Shown: positions 9,197 through 20,085 of the stretch, in pieces
Layout of the letters: every line of letters begins with the position of its first letter
How positions within the stretch are numbered: the stretch's first letter is position 1
Assembly (NCBI GenBank): GCA_016195685.1
Contig: JACPZE010000002.1
Span: forward strand, 4,177 to 68,176
DNA: 64,000 nt
Source of the DNA: Candidatus Gottesmanbacteria bacterium
GTDB lineage: Bacteria > Patescibacteriota > Microgenomatia > 2-02-FULL-39-11
Direction of reading: 5' to 3'
Notes under the pieces: generated by a model
What the model saw: the letters and a program-made list of their open reading frames with translations, nothing else
What the model was told of the DNA's origin: nothing
The model's database searches: none
Translations under genes and position numbers: made by a program

Positions 9197-10504
9197 TTAA
9201 TTATCTGCTGACATTACATGGCGGATTCGTAACAAAGAATGATAATTATGTGCGAACCTATGTGCCTCATCTCTTAGTCTTTTGACTAAATTTAATGCTG
9301 CCGAATTAGACGGCAGCGAAGCTTTTATAAATATCCCTTTGTATGGTATAACTATTTCTTCAAACAGTTTCGCCAGTCCAATAATAGGTATTTTTACTTC
9401 TAATGAATTAATTACTTTTAAAAGCGATGCAACTTGAGGTTTGCCGCCATCAATGACAAATAAGTCAGGGTAGTTCCATTCCGAATGACTTAGACGTCTC
9501 ATCATCATTTCGGATAATGATGCAAAATCATCAGGAGTAGATTGGCGTTTGATGCGAAATCTGCGATAGTAGTTTTTATCAGGTTCACCCATCCTGAAAG
9601 TGACCATCGAACCTGTTGTTAATTTTCCAGAAATATTACTGATATCGTAACATTCAATATGGTTTAGTTTTGTGATTTTGGGATAGTAAGGCTTTAATAT
9701 TTCCAATAATTCCTTTTCCTCATTTGTACGAATTTCAGTAAGCAATTTGGGATTTCTCAAGTACGATTCGGGAGATGTATAATGGTTTGTCAAATATTCA
9801 AGTTGAGTAAGCTTATCTCGATAAACTGCCGCTTCTTCATAATTTAGATTTTTAGAGGCAACGCTCATTTGGTTTAGAATATGTTTTTTTACCTTGCCAA
9901 TTTCACCATGTAGTAATTCTGTAATATGTCTGATATTTCGTCTATACATAAAATAAAGAAGGCGATAGTTTTTAGCATCTTTGACTAAAGCCGCTGGACA
10001 AGGGTTGCAAAGCCCAATGTGATGATAAAAACATGCTCTTTTTGATTTTTCGTTTTGAGTACAGAAAGGGAAAATCGATCTGATATAGGATAAAATATCT
10101 TTTACTATTTTAGACGATGGGAAAGGTCCAAAAAATTCATCTTGGAGATTTGGTTTTCGAGCAAATAATACTTTTGGGAATTTTTCTTTTGTAATTTTTA
10201 TATATATGTAATGCTTATCGTCTTTCCACAACACATTATATTTGGGTTGGTATTGTTTTATTAGTCTAGCTTCAAGAAGCAATGCTTCAAATTCTGATGC
10301 GACTGGTATGCTTTCAATATATTTGATTTTCGAAATTAAATTGAGAGTCTTAGAATCCTTTTCGTCATCTGTAAAATAACTATTTACTCGATTTTTCAGA
10401 TTTTTTGCTTTTCCAACATAAAGCAAAAAATTTTCTGGCGTATAGAATTTGTATATACCGGCAAAAGAAGGAATATTTTTAAGTTGATTTATTAAAAACT
10501 TCAT
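9197..10504 (-). CDS. uvrC: Excinuclease ABC subunit C (UvrC), short form lacking the C-terminal (HhH)2 domain
   Basis: GIY-YIG N-terminus (GIYKFY...LYVGKAKNLKNRVNSYF). Cys cluster CFYHHIGLCNPCP. UVR-like helix. RNase H-like endonuclease domain (IECYDISN...VIDGGKPQV...GLAK...RDEAHRFA). The protein ends after the RNase H-like domain at 435 aa. Confidence 0.85.
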   Translation of the reverse strand: MKFLINQLKNIPSFAGIYKFYTPENFLLYVGKAKNLKNRVNSYFTDDEKDSKTLNLISKIKYIESIPVASEFEALLLEARLIKQYQPKYNVLWKDDKHYIYIKITKEKFPKVLFARKPNLQDEFFGPFPSSKIVKDILSYIRSIFPFCTQNEKSKRACFYHHIGLCNPCPAALVKDAKNYRLLYFMYRRNIRHITELLHGEIGKVKKHILNQMSVASKNLNYEEAAVYRDKLTQLEYLTNHYTSPESYLRNPKLLTEIRTNEEKELLEILKPYYPKITKLNHIECYDISNISGKLTTGSMVTFRMGEPDKNYYRRFRIKRQSTPDDFASLSEMMMRRLSHSEWNYPDLFVIDGGKPQVASLLKVINSLEVKIPIIGLAKLFEEIVIPYKGIFIKASLPSNSAALNLVKRLRDEAHRFAHNYHSLLRIRHVMSADN

Positions 10505-13428
10505 ATAACTTTTGCCAGAAATTGGCCGGTATGAGATTTGTCATTTTCTGCAATTTCAAGTGGAGTCCCGCTGGATAATATATAACCTCCTCCGTCTCCT
10601 CCTTCTGGCCCAAGATCTATTATCCAATCGGCATTTTTGATAACGTCTAAATTATGTTCAATGACAATAACAGTATTTCCCATATTTACCAACTGTCGCA
10701 ATACCAAAATTAGCTTTTCCAAATCAGCAAAATGAAGCCCGGTTGTAGGTTCATCCAGAATATAAAGTGTATTGTTTGTGCCTTTTTTCGATAATTCTGA
10801 AGATAATTTTACCCTTTGAGCTTCTCCTCCGGAAAGTTGCGGCGCAGGTTGTCCAAGATGTATGTAAGATAAACCGACCTCGTGCAGCGTTTCTAATTTT
10901 GTATAAAGGCTTGGTATTTTCCCGAAAAATTTGAGACCTTCTTCAACTGTCATTTGTAAAACTTCAGCAATATTTTTTCCTTTATAAGTGACTTCCAAAG
11001 TTTCAGCATTATAACGAGTTCCTCTACAGACGTCGCATGTTACATACACATCGGGTAAAAACTGCATTTCAATTTTTGTTTGGCCTTCTCCTTCACACAC
11101 TTCACACCGGCCGCCTTTGACGTTAAATGAAAATCTTCCAGGGCCGTAACCTTTCATTTTAGCCTCCGGCATCTGAGAGAATAAATCACGAACAAAAGTA
11201 AATGCCCCGGTGTATGTTGCCGGATTACTTCTGGGTGTTCTACCAATTGGGGATTGATCTATCAATACTACTCTTTTTAATTTTTCAATTCCAACAATAG
11301 TTGAAAATTTGCCACCTTTTTCTCGGTGGTAAGGATTGAAAAAAGATGCAACTGCATGAAAAATGGTATCTACTACTAATGTGGATTTTCCACTTCCTGA
11401 AACACCAGTGACACAAATAAAATGTTTCAAAGGGAATGAAGCAGTTAATTTTTTTAGGTTATTTTCACAAGCGTCATGGATGGTAAGGCAATTATCCACG
11501 TCGACTTTGCCTATAATATTTTTTTGGGCTATGCTGATAATTTTTTTATTCGATAAATATCTTCCCGTAATCGATTGGGGGTTCTTTTTTATCTCGTCTA
11601 AGGTGCCACTTGCAATAATTTTGCCTCCGTGTGTACCAGCCGCAGGGCCAAAATCATAGATAAAATCAGAACTTTCTATCATTTCTCTATCATGCTCAAC
11701 CACGATAACACTGTTTCCGAGATTTCGAAGTTTCATAAGAGTTGCGATCAGTTTATTATTATCTTTTGGATGAAGACCAATTGATGGTTCATCAAGTACG
11801 TAAAGAACTCCAGATAAACCTGACCCTATTTGGGATGCGAGTCTGATTCTTTGTGCTTCTCCTCCAGCTAATGTATTGGCGCTTCTGTCAAGTGAGAGAT
11901 AATTTAGTCCTACCGAAATTAGAAATGAAAGTCTATTTTTTATCTCCCTAATGATTAAATTAGCAATAGTTTTTTCCCGAGCATCTAATTTTCCCCATAA
12001 CTCTTCATGCCACTGCAAAGCTTTGGAAATTGAAAATTGAGCTATATCTACTATAGTTAGGCTGTCTATGATAATTGAGAGGGCTTCAGCTTTCAGTCTT
12101 TTTCCTAGACACGCAGGGCATATTTCCTGTTTCATATATTTTCCTATTTCGCTTCTGACATATTCCGATTCTGTTTCGCTATATCGTTTTTCCAGTTCGG
12201 GTATCACCCCTTTGAATTCTTCGTAAATTGTAACTATTTTTCCGTATCGATTAGTACCGGATACTTCGTAAATTTCATTCCCAGTGCCGTAAAGTAGTTT
12301 TTGACGCTTTTGCGCAGTGATTCCTTTTAAGGGTTTATCACTAGCGATGCCGATTTTCTTAACAGAAGTTAAAAGTACTCTTCCGTACCAGGAATCAGAT
12401 AAAATAAGCCTGGCAAAAGGTAATATTGCTCCTTCTGTTATTGAAAGGCTTGGATTTATGATCATATCTGGATCAACTTTCAAAAGCGTTCCAATTCCGC
12501 TGCATTTTGGACAAGCCCCGTGTGGTGAATTAAAAGAAAAAAGTCTTGGTTCAACTTCTGGCATGGACAAATTGCACTTGGGGCATGAAAATCTCTCTGA
12601 AAAAAGGTGGTCAGTCATATTTTGGGGTTTATCCGGAAAATCAAATGACGCATCGGATACTTTAGAAATGATAACTAACCCTTCAGAAATAGCGGTTGAT
12701 TGTTCTATTGCATCATTTAATCGTGATCTTAGCTTAAGTTGTTCCTGCTTATTATTTAATTTTCCTCTATCACAACTAATCCTGTCGATAACTACTTCGA
12801 TTGTATGTTTATTTGTTTTTATTAAAGTTAGTTCCTCATCTAATCCGATAACATTTCCGTCAATTCTTACTTTGGTAAATCCTTTTGAGCGCAGATTAGC
12901 AAATAAATCTCTAAATTCTCCTTTACGATCTAAAACTATTGGAGATAGAATAAGTAGTCTAACCGGCTTTCTCCCCAAATCATCAGTAAATTTTTTAATC
13001 AGTTGAATGGTATTGGAAGTAATTTGTTCGATAGACTGTTTGGATATCTCTGTACCACAATTTGGACAATGGGGATGGCCGATTCTGGCAAAAAGTAACC
13101 TGAGGTAATCATAAATTTCTGTGATTGTACCGACTGTAGAGCGGGGATTATGGGAGGTAGATTTTTGATCTATTGAAATTGCTGGAGAAAGGCCATCAAT
13201 AGAATCTACGTCCGGTTTATCCATGACACCCAAAAATTGCCTTGCGTAAGAAGAAAGGCTTTCTACATATCTACGTTGCCCTTCAGCGTATATAGTGTCA
13301 AAAGCAAGAGACGACTTACCGCTTCCAGAAAGCCCAGTAAAAACAACAAGTTTATTCTTGGGTATTTCGACATCAATATTTTTTAAATTATGCTGTCTGG
13401 CGCCCCGAATGATAATTTTGTCTTCCAT
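10501..13428 (-). CDS. uvrA: Excinuclease ABC subunit A (UvrA)
   Basis: 975 aa with two ABC modules (GLSGSGKSS and GVSGSGKST), zinc-finger cysteines and two LSGGEAQR signatures. Overlaps the uvrC start by 4 nt. Confidence 0.95.
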   Translation of the reverse strand: MEDKIIIRGARQHNLKNIDVEIPKNKLVVFTGLSGSGKSSLAFDTIYAEGQRRYVESLSSYARQFLGVMDKPDVDSIDGLSPAISIDQKSTSHNPRSTVGTITEIYDYLRLLFARIGHPHCPNCGTEISKQSIEQITSNTIQLIKKFTDDLGRKPVRLLILSPIVLDRKGEFRDLFANLRSKGFTKVRIDGNVIGLDEELTLIKTNKHTIEVVIDRISCDRGKLNNKQEQLKLRSRLNDAIEQSTAISEGLVIISKVSDASFDFPDKPQNMTDHLFSERFSCPKCNLSMPEVEPRLFSFNSPHGACPKCSGIGTLLKVDPDMIINPSLSITEGAILPFARLILSDSWYGRVLLTSVKKIGIASDKPLKGITAQKRQKLLYGTGNEIYEVSGTNRYGKIVTIYEEFKGVIPELEKRYSETESEYVRSEIGKYMKQEICPACLGKRLKAEALSIIIDSLTIVDIAQFSISKALQWHEELWGKLDAREKTIANLIIREIKNRLSFLISVGLNYLSLDRSANTLAGGEAQRIRLASQIGSGLSGVLYVLDEPSIGLHPKDNNKLIATLMKLRNLGNSVIVVEHDREMIESSDFIYDFGPAAGTHGGKIIASGTLDEIKKNPQSITGRYLSNKKIISIAQKNIIGKVDVDNCLTIHDACENNLKKLTASFPLKHFICVTGVSGSGKSTLVVDTIFHAVASFFNPYHREKGGKFSTIVGIEKLKRVVLIDQSPIGRTPRSNPATYTGAFTFVRDLFSQMPEAKMKGYGPGRFSFNVKGGRCEVCEGEGQTKIEMQFLPDVYVTCDVCRGTRYNAETLEVTYKGKNIAEVLQMTVEEGLKFFGKIPSLYTKLETLHEVGLSYIHLGQPAPQLSGGEAQRVKLSSELSKKGTNNTLYILDEPTTGLHFADLEKLILVLRQLVNMGNTVIVIEHNLDVIKNADWIIDLGPEGGDGGGYILSSGTPLEIAENDKSHTGQFLAKVI

Positions 13429-13450
13429 AAGATGATTTATCGAACCTTTT

Positions 13451-13459
13451 ATTATATCA
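13451..13459 (-). promoter_or_regulatory. Extended -10 element (TGaTATAAT on the minus strand) about 15 nt upstream of the uvrA ATG
   Basis: Plus strand ttatatca at 13451-13459 reads TGATATAAT on the coding strand of uvrA. Confidence 0.35.
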
Positions 13460-13490
13460 AGAATAAAAGGACAAGGGAATATCAGAGGAG

Positions 13491-15587
13491 TTAACTTTTA
13501 GCAATAAGTCTGATTTTATCTCTTAGTTCTGCGGCGAGCTCAAAATTTAATTCGCCTGCGGCAAACTTCATTTCGACTTCTAGCTTTTTTATAAGTTTCC
13601 TCTTATCTTGCGGAGTCAATTGGTTTTCATCAATTTTCAGTAAGTTTCGATATTCGACACGTTTCTTTTCATTCAAATGAGAATATGAGGGCGTTTCCTG
13701 TTCTTCTTGCTGCTGTACAAGTTTTGATCTAATTGGCTTTACTATATTTTGAGGAATGATACCATGTTTTTGGTTATAATCTGATTGAACTAGTCGTCTC
13801 CTATCTATCTCTGCAATTGATCTTTGCATAGATTTGGTAATTTGATCCGCGTACATAATGACTTCACCGTGTATATGCCTGGCTGCTCTTCCCATTGTTT
13901 GTATCAGTGAAGTTTCAGAACGAAGAAATCCTTCTTTATCCGCATCTAAGATAGCGACTAATGATACTTCAGGTAGATCTAAACCTTCGCGAAGTAAATT
14001 GATACCGATGATTGCATCATATTTACCTCCTCTTAAATCATCCAAAATATCACTTCTTTCAAGAGTTTCTATATCTGAATGCAAATAATGTACTATAGGT
14101 AAGCGAGAAAAATTTTGATTCTTAAATTCAGCTGCGGCAAGATATTTTTTGTCATTAAAATAAAGTGCTAATTCTTCCGCCATCTTTTTAGTGAGGGTAG
14201 TTACAAGAACTCTTTCTTTTTTTAGCATTCGCGTAAGAATCTCATGGGTCAGATCAAGCACCTGATTGGTCGTAGGTTTGATAGTAATTTTGGGGTCAAT
14301 AATTCCGGTTGGTCTTATTAATTGTTCCACTATCCCACTTTGACTAAATTTTATTTTATCTACTCCCTCTATAGTTTTGGAAATTTCCCAGGTATCAGGC
14401 GTTGCAGAAACAAAAATTGTTTGTGGGGTGCGGGATAAAAATTCAGTAAAAGTAAGGGGACGATTATCAAGTGCCGCTGGAAGCCTAAAACCGAAATCTA
14501 TAAGTGTTTGTTTCCTTGATTTATCGCCGTTATACATCCCTCTTATTTGTGGAACTGTCATATGTGATTCGTCTATAAGTAGGAGCCAATCATCTTTGTA
14601 AGGATCGCGGAAATAATCCAACAGGGTAAAAGGCGGATCTCCGGGATTTCGCCCGTCAAAATAACGCGAATAATTTTCTATACCATTTACATAACCGATT
14701 TCCTGTATCATTTCCAAATCATAGTTTACTTTTTGACTGATGCGATGGGCTTCTAAGTCTTTTCCTTCGGATTTGAAAAATTTAATTCTTTCTCCTAAAT
14801 CTTTGTGTATATGTTTAAAGACTTCAGTATAATTTTTGGGATTTGTCATATAGTGTTTCGCAGGATAGATAACTGTTCCCTTAATTTCTTCAGAAATATT
14901 ACCGTTGATCGGATCTAAATTAACAATTGTGACGATTTTGACTCCGTCTAGATTGACTCGCAGCGCATAATCTGTATAAGCAGGGTAAATATCAATCGTA
15001 TCGCCCCTGATTCTGAATGTTCCCCTAGTGAAATGAAAGTTATTGCGTGTATATTGCAATTCAACAAGTCTAGTTATGATAGAATCTCTGGAAATTTTTA
15101 AGTTTTTCCGAAGATCCAAAACAAAATTGCCGTATTCTTTTGGAGAACCGATATTGTATATACACGAAACAGACGCGACAATAATTGTATCTTTTCTGGT
15201 CAACAGATTTGTTGTAGCAGCGAGTCTGAGTTTGTCTAATTCTTCATTTATTTCTGTGACTTTCTCTATGTACGTATCTGATTGAGGAATATAAGCTTCA
15301 GGCTGATAATAATCATAGTAAGATACGAAATAAGAAACAGCATTTTGTGGAAAAAAATCTCTGAATTCCTGATATAGCTGAGCTGCAAGAGTTTTATTAT
15401 GGGAAATGACCAAAGTCGGTTTTTGTACCTTTTCGATTACATTTGCTAAAGTAAAAGTCTTACCGCTACCAGTTACTCCCAAAAGTACCTGATTTTTTAG
15501 TTTATGTTTTATTCCTTTTGTGAGCAAATTTATTGCTTGTGGTTGATCTCCGGTTGGATTAAAGGATGACTGAAGCTTAAATTTCAT
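13491..15587 (-). CDS. uvrB: Excinuclease ABC subunit B (UvrB)
   Basis: 698 aa. Helicase motifs GVTGSGKT and DESH, and a C-terminal UVR coiled coil (ELRDKIRLI). Confidence 0.95.
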   Translation of the reverse strand: MKFKLQSSFNPTGDQPQAINLLTKGIKHKLKNQVLLGVTGSGKTFTLANVIEKVQKPTLVISHNKTLAAQLYQEFRDFFPQNAVSYFVSYYDYYQPEAYIPQSDTYIEKVTEINEELDKLRLAATTNLLTRKDTIIVASVSCIYNIGSPKEYGNFVLDLRKNLKISRDSIITRLVELQYTRNNFHFTRGTFRIRGDTIDIYPAYTDYALRVNLDGVKIVTIVNLDPINGNISEEIKGTVIYPAKHYMTNPKNYTEVFKHIHKDLGERIKFFKSEGKDLEAHRISQKVNYDLEMIQEIGYVNGIENYSRYFDGRNPGDPPFTLLDYFRDPYKDDWLLLIDESHMTVPQIRGMYNGDKSRKQTLIDFGFRLPAALDNRPLTFTEFLSRTPQTIFVSATPDTWEISKTIEGVDKIKFSQSGIVEQLIRPTGIIDPKITIKPTTNQVLDLTHEILTRMLKKERVLVTTLTKKMAEELALYFNDKKYLAAAEFKNQNFSRLPIVHYLHSDIETLERSDILDDLRGGKYDAIIGINLLREGLDLPEVSLVAILDADKEGFLRSETSLIQTMGRAARHIHGEVIMYADQITKSMQRSIAEIDRRRLVQSDYNQKHGIIPQNIVKPIRSKLVQQQEEQETPSYSHLNEKKRVEYRNLLKIDENQLTPQDKRKLIKKLEVEMKFAAGELNFELAAELRDKIRLIAKS

Positions 15588-15597
15588 ATATGCAGTT

Positions 15598-15630
15598 GAT
15601 ATATTTTATCACACTTTAGATGTATTGACA
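15598..15630. promoter_or_regulatory. Divergent uvrB/lexA control region. It has a TGaTAAAAT extended -10 for uvrB, a shared face-to-face -35 hexamer (TTGACA/TGTCAA), and a small inverted repeat GATA-N5-TATC over the uvrB -10/+1.
   Basis: All elements read directly from the sequence. The LexA operator motif for this lineage is unknown, so operator assignment is tentative. Confidence 0.3.
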
Positions 15631-15716
15631 TTCGGGTATTTTTAGATTAATTTATAGATACTAAGCATAAATTATTTAATTTAGTTAATTTAATTTCGGT
15701 TTTTTTATTATTGAAT

Positions 15717-16340
15717 ATGGCACCAGTACTTTACAATAAAGAACGACAAGCACTTGAATTTATTACTCAATATATCCAAAGACACGGTTACGCACCAACC
15801 TTAGTTGAAATAGCAGAGGGGATAGGTGTGAATGCCGTATCCACTGTACATGAACATCTTGAGAAGCTTATCCAAAAGGGCTTTATCAAAAAGTCTCCCG
15901 GATTTGAGCGAAGTATTGAACTTATTGAGGGAAAGGTAAAATTAAGTAGCGGTGAATCCGCAATTGAGGTGCCGGTATTGGGTTTCATAGCCGCTGGAAA
16001 CCCACTGGAACCGCATACTGACCCAAACTTTTATATATCCGTCCCATCAAATATTGTCAGTGGTAAAAAGACTGCTTTTGTTCTTCAGGTTAAAGGCACG
16101 TCGATGATAGATGAGGGGATACTAGATGGCGATTTCGTTGTAGTACAGTATCAACAAGATGCACAAAACGGAGATATAGTTGTAGCTATTTTACCAAACG
16201 GCCTAGCTACTCTTAAAAGAATATATTTTGAAACTGAAAGAATTCGATTGGAACCGGCCAATACAACTATGTCGCCAATTTTTACTACACACGTCAAGGT
16301 ACAAGGAAAAGTAGTCGCGGTTTATAGAAAATACAGTTAA
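15717..16340 (+). CDS. lexA: LexA repressor (S24 peptidase). The ATG at 15717 (MAPVLYNK) is the likely start; the ORF-track start at 15711 is a TTG.
   Basis: N-terminal winged HTH. Ala-Gly cleavage site FIAAGNP. Catalytic Ser in VKGTSMIDEGILDGDFVVV and Lys in LKRI. Confidence 0.9.
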   Translation: MAPVLYNKERQALEFITQYIQRHGYAPTLVEIAEGIGVNAVSTVHEHLEKLIQKGFIKKSPGFERSIELIEGKVKLSSGESAIEVPVLGFIAAGNPLEPHTDPNFYISVPSNIVSGKKTAFVLQVKGTSMIDEGILDGDFVVVQYQQDAQNGDIVVAILPNGLATLKRIYFETERIRLEPANTTMSPIFTTHVKVQGKVVAVYRKYS

Positions 16341-16341
16341 A

Positions 16342-17520
16342 TTATTTGGCATCAAGAAGAACTTCAATTCCCGGAAGAGTACCATTTTCCAAAAACACCA
16401 GCATTGCTCCACCGCCTGTCGAAATATGATCGATCTTTTCGACATACTCTTTTTTGATAGTAGTTAATGTATCCCCTCCACCTATTATAGAGAAGGCTTT
16501 GGATTCGGCGACATGTTTCAGTATTGAGTCTGTACCTTTTGCAAACCTTGGATCTTCGTATAATCCCATCGGTCCATTCCATATTATGGTTTTTGCTTCT
16601 CGTATAAGTTCTTGATAATTTTTCATTGTTTTAGGCCCTATATCAAAGATGGCAACGTGGTGGGGGACTTTGTTATATTCTACAACTTGTGGTTTCATTT
16701 TGCGGTCTTTATCGGAAATGACCACATCAAGCGGTAAAAGTAGGGCTGAATGTTTTCGAGTTGTTTTCCAAAAAACCACTCTGGCCATTTCTACCATTTC
16801 ATAGTCTACCACCGAGCGGCCCGTTCCAAAACCCCATGCAGCAAGAAAAGTATTTGCGATCGCCCCGCCCAAAATTATGTTATCTGCAATGTCTAGAAGT
16901 TTTTCAATTACCGAAATTTTTTCAGGCGTCTTTGCGCCTCCTATAATAAGTAAAAATGGTCTCTTTGGCTTCTCAATTGCTTCAGAAAGCATCCGAATTT
17001 CTTTATCCATAAGAAGCCCAGCAAAGGCAGGTAAGAATTCTGCTATACCAACAATTGAGGAATGGACCCTGTGGGCAGTGCCAAATGCGTCATTTACAAA
17101 ATAATCAGCCATCGATGCAAGGTGTTTGGAAAAATTCCTGTCGTTTAACTCTTCTTCTTTAACATACCTTATATTTTCAAGCATCACCATTTCACCCTTG
17201 GGAACTTTATTTATCTTTGTTAGAGCCGACTTTTCCCAATAGCGGTCGATAAGGTTAACTTTTTTGGAAATAAGCTGTTCTAGCCGATTGGCAACTGGTT
17301 TTAAGGTTAAGTTGGGGTCATGGCCACTTGGCCTTCCAAGATGGGAAGAAATTATAAGCTTTGCTCCTTTTGAAAGTAAATATTTTATGGTAGGGATCGC
17401 TTCCACGATACGCGTATCGTTGGCTACATGACCATTCTCAAGAGAAATATTAAAATCTACTGTCAGAAAAACTTTTTTACCAAAGAGGTTTGGAATATCT
17501 TTGATAGTCTTTTTTCTCAT
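16342..17520 (-). CDS. pgk: Phosphoglycerate kinase
   Basis: 392 aa with strong Pgk similarity (FLTVDFN, GGGDTLT, GGGAMLVFLENG-like). Confidence 0.95.
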   Translation of the reverse strand: MRKKTIKDIPNLFGKKVFLTVDFNISLENGHVANDTRIVEAIPTIKYLLSKGAKLIISSHLGRPSGHDPNLTLKPVANRLEQLISKKVNLIDRYWEKSALTKINKVPKGEMVMLENIRYVKEEELNDRNFSKHLASMADYFVNDAFGTAHRVHSSIVGIAEFLPAFAGLLMDKEIRMLSEAIEKPKRPFLLIIGGAKTPEKISVIEKLLDIADNIILGGAIANTFLAAWGFGTGRSVVDYEMVEMARVVFWKTTRKHSALLLPLDVVISDKDRKMKPQVVEYNKVPHHVAIFDIGPKTMKNYQELIREAKTIIWNGPMGLYEDPRFAKGTDSILKHVAESKAFSIIGGGDTLTTIKKEYVEKIDHISTGGGAMLVFLENGTLPGIEVLLDAK

Positions 17521-18536
17521 AATAAATTACCTTTCTTTGCTATAAATTCCAGGAGATCAACCAATCTTGATGCATAACCCCATTCATTATCATACCAGGC
17601 TGATACACTAACAAAATGATTCCCATTAACCTGTGTAAGGTATGGATCAAAAATGGAAGAATATGGACTTCCTATATAATCATGAGAGACTAACTCTTCT
17701 GTTGCATATCCTAAAATACCTCTAAGATAAGTTTTACTTGCCTTCTCAAATTCTTCGTTTATGCATTCTTTACAGACTTCTTTTTGCGTCTGAACGATAA
17801 GATTAATAATTGATACAGTAAGTAATGGCACTCTTATAGCGCTGCAAAGTATTTTGTCCGCAAGGTCAGGGAAAAATTTCTTGATTTCTCTACCGGATCC
17901 TGTATCTGCAGGAATCATAGAAGCAAAAGCAGCCCTTCTAGTACGTACTTCTTCAGGGTTAGAATTGTCAAGTAAATTTTGAGTATCGGTAACTGCATGA
18001 GTCGTGTTCATAAAACCCCTCTCAATTTTAAAATTATCATGTAGCACTTTTAGTGTTGTTACAAGACAATTGGTCGTACAAGATGAATTAGACACTATTT
18101 TATCAAGGTTAGGATCAAAATCTTTTTCATTAACCCCTAAAATGATAGTTTTTGTAGAATCTTTTGCTGGGGCAGAAATCGCAACATATTTTACAGTATC
18201 TCGTAAATGTCCCTTCAGATCGTCTGTCCTTCGGAATTTACCTGTTGAGTCAACTACTATGTCTACTGCGGCATTTTTCCAAGGTATTTCACTGGGTTGA
18301 GGATAGTTAAAGACCGCAATTTTTTGATTGTCTACAATGAGAGTATTATCTTTGGCATTAATATCCTTTGGGAATGTACCATAGGCGGTATCGTGTTTTA
18401 GAAGGTATGCATGAGAATAAGCATCGGCACGGCTATTGATAGCAACAAGAGATAACTGGGGACGATTGAGTATAATCCGAGAAGCAATTCTTCCAATTCT
18501 ACCAAACCCATTAATTCCGATCCTTATTTTTTTCAT
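17517..18536 (-). CDS. gap: Glyceraldehyde-3-phosphate dehydrogenase. The likely start is MKKIRIGINGFGRIGR at 18536; the ORF-track start is 18575.
   Basis: NAD-binding GINGFGRIGR and catalytic region SNSSCTTNCL. Confidence 0.95.
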   Translation of the reverse strand: MKKIRIGINGFGRIGRIASRIILNRPQLSLVAINSRADAYSHAYLLKHDTAYGTFPKDINAKDNTLIVDNQKIAVFNYPQPSEIPWKNAAVDIVVDSTGKFRRTDDLKGHLRDTVKYVAISAPAKDSTKTIILGVNEKDFDPNLDKIVSNSSCTTNCLVTTLKVLHDNFKIERGFMNTTHAVTDTQNLLDNSNPEEVRTRRAAFASMIPADTGSGREIKKFFPDLADKILCSAIRVPLLTVSIINLIVQTQKEVCKECINEEFEKASKTYLRGILGYATEELVSHDYIGSPYSSIFDPYLTQVNGNHFVSVSAWYDNEWGYASRLVDLLEFIAKKGNLL

Positions 18537-18631
18537 ATGGCGGCAAATCAAAAATCCACCAGATTGGACCAACAAATTCTTAATTTAACATACACTTTTT
18601 ATTAATGCAACTATGTGATTTATAACACATT

Positions 18632-19297
18632 TTACTGTTTTCCTTTATCTTGATTTACTAGTCTTTTTTCTTTAGCGATAATTTTTCCGCGTTTATCTAA
18701 TTTATAAATTAAAACTTCACCTGTTGCAATTTCGATTTCGGAAATAACTTCGTCTGAGATATTCTCCAAATACTTTATAAGAGCTCTGTTGCTATTGCCA
18801 TGAGCCACAAAAAGTATATTTGACCCTTTCCAAATCTGTGGCATTATATGTTCTTCAAATTTTGGAATTACTCGAGTGTATACGTCTTTCAGAGATTCTC
18901 CGTTGGGAATTGGAATATCCCAACCGCGCCGCAATTTTTTAAATTTTTCACCGCCAATCTTTTCTTTTATCTTCCATTTATTTTTTCCTGCATAAATTCC
19001 GTAATGTCTTTCTTTAAATGCCGGCTCGATAATTGTAGGAAGACTTAAAAGACCAAGTTCTGCTTTTATTATCTCCAAAGTATGTGAGGCTCTTTTTAGA
19101 TCAGAGGTAAAGGCGATATCAAATCTTAAGTCTTTTAGATTTGAGGCGGCAAGCTTAGCCTCCCTCTTCCCTTTTTCTGAAAGCGGCACGTCTATCCAGC
19201 CACACCACAAACCTTTTGCATTCCACTCCGACTCGCCATGACGGATAAGAACTAATGAACTAAATTTACCCTGAACAGATTTCGGTGCCTTTTTCAT
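18632..19297 (-). CDS. gpmA: 2,3-bisphosphoglycerate-dependent phosphoglycerate mutase (dPGM)
   Basis: Motifs LIRHGESEWN, ERHYG, RRG, AHGNSNRALIKYL and IATGEVLIY match GpmA across its whole length. Confidence 0.85.
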   Translation of the reverse strand: MKKAPKSVQGKFSSLVLIRHGESEWNAKGLWCGWIDVPLSEKGKREAKLAASNLKDLRFDIAFTSDLKRASHTLEIIKAELGLLSLPTIIEPAFKERHYGIYAGKNKWKIKEKIGGEKFKKLRRGWDIPIPNGESLKDVYTRVIPKFEEHIMPQIWKGSNILFVAHGNSNRALIKYLENISDEVISEIEIATGEVLIYKLDKRGKIIAKEKRLVNQDKGKQ

Positions 19298-19349
19298 CTT
19301 GCAAAATTAGCGTATCCTATACATACCAAGTATAATAGATCTCGTCAAT

Positions 19350-20075
19350 ATGGGTATTTTATATATAGTCGCCACACCAATCGGCAATCTGGAAGATATA
19401 ACAATTCACGCTGTAAAAATACTATTTACAGTTGATTATATCGCTTGTGAAGATACGAGAAATACAGGGCAGTTACTGGCAAACCTTGAATCAAAAATTA
19501 AGAATAAGGAATTAGTTATAAAAAATTTGGGCATTAAAAAGCCGCACTTAATTTCTTACTATGACGAGATAGAATTTAAAAGAGTCCCAGAAATTATAGA
19601 ATTATTAGAAGGTGATAAACATGTTGCTTTAGTGAGTGATTCAGGTACGCCACTTATTTCCGACCCAGGATTTAAACTAGTACAAGAATGTATTAAGCGA
19701 AAAATCAAAATTATTTCTATTCCTGGTCCATCATCTGTAATTACTGCCTTAACATCTTCTGGATTGCCACCGGATAAATTTTTATTCTTAGGTTTTCTAC
19801 CGCCTAAGGAGTCTCATCGCAAACAAATTTTGAGTGATTTACTGGAAAGTTTTAATAATCCAAAACAATTTCGTCCGACAATAATATTTTTTGAAGCTTC
19901 TCGTAGACTAAAAGAAAGTTTAGAAGATCTGAGGGAAGTTTTTGGAGATTTAGAAATTACCATCACCCGTGAACTTACGAAAATTCACGAAGAAGTCTGG
20001 AGAGGGAAAATATCACAAACAATCCTAAACTTCAACCAGGTAAAAGGAGAACTCGTTATCCTTTTTAAAATCTAA
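19350..20075 (+). CDS. rsmI: 16S rRNA (cytidine1402-2'-O)-methyltransferase RsmI
   Basis: LYIVATPIGNLEDIT...ACEDTR tetrapyrrole-methylase-type N-terminus typical of RsmI. Confidence 0.85.
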   Translation: MGILYIVATPIGNLEDITIHAVKILFTVDYIACEDTRNTGQLLANLESKIKNKELVIKNLGIKKPHLISYYDEIEFKRVPEIIELLEGDKHVALVSDSGTPLISDPGFKLVQECIKRKIKIISIPGPSSVITALTSSGLPPDKFLFLGFLPPKESHRKQILSDLLESFNNPKQFRPTIIFFEASRRLKESLEDLREVFGDLEITITRELTKIHEEVWRGKISQTILNFNQVKGELVILFKI

Positions 20076-20085
20076 CAAATAATAA

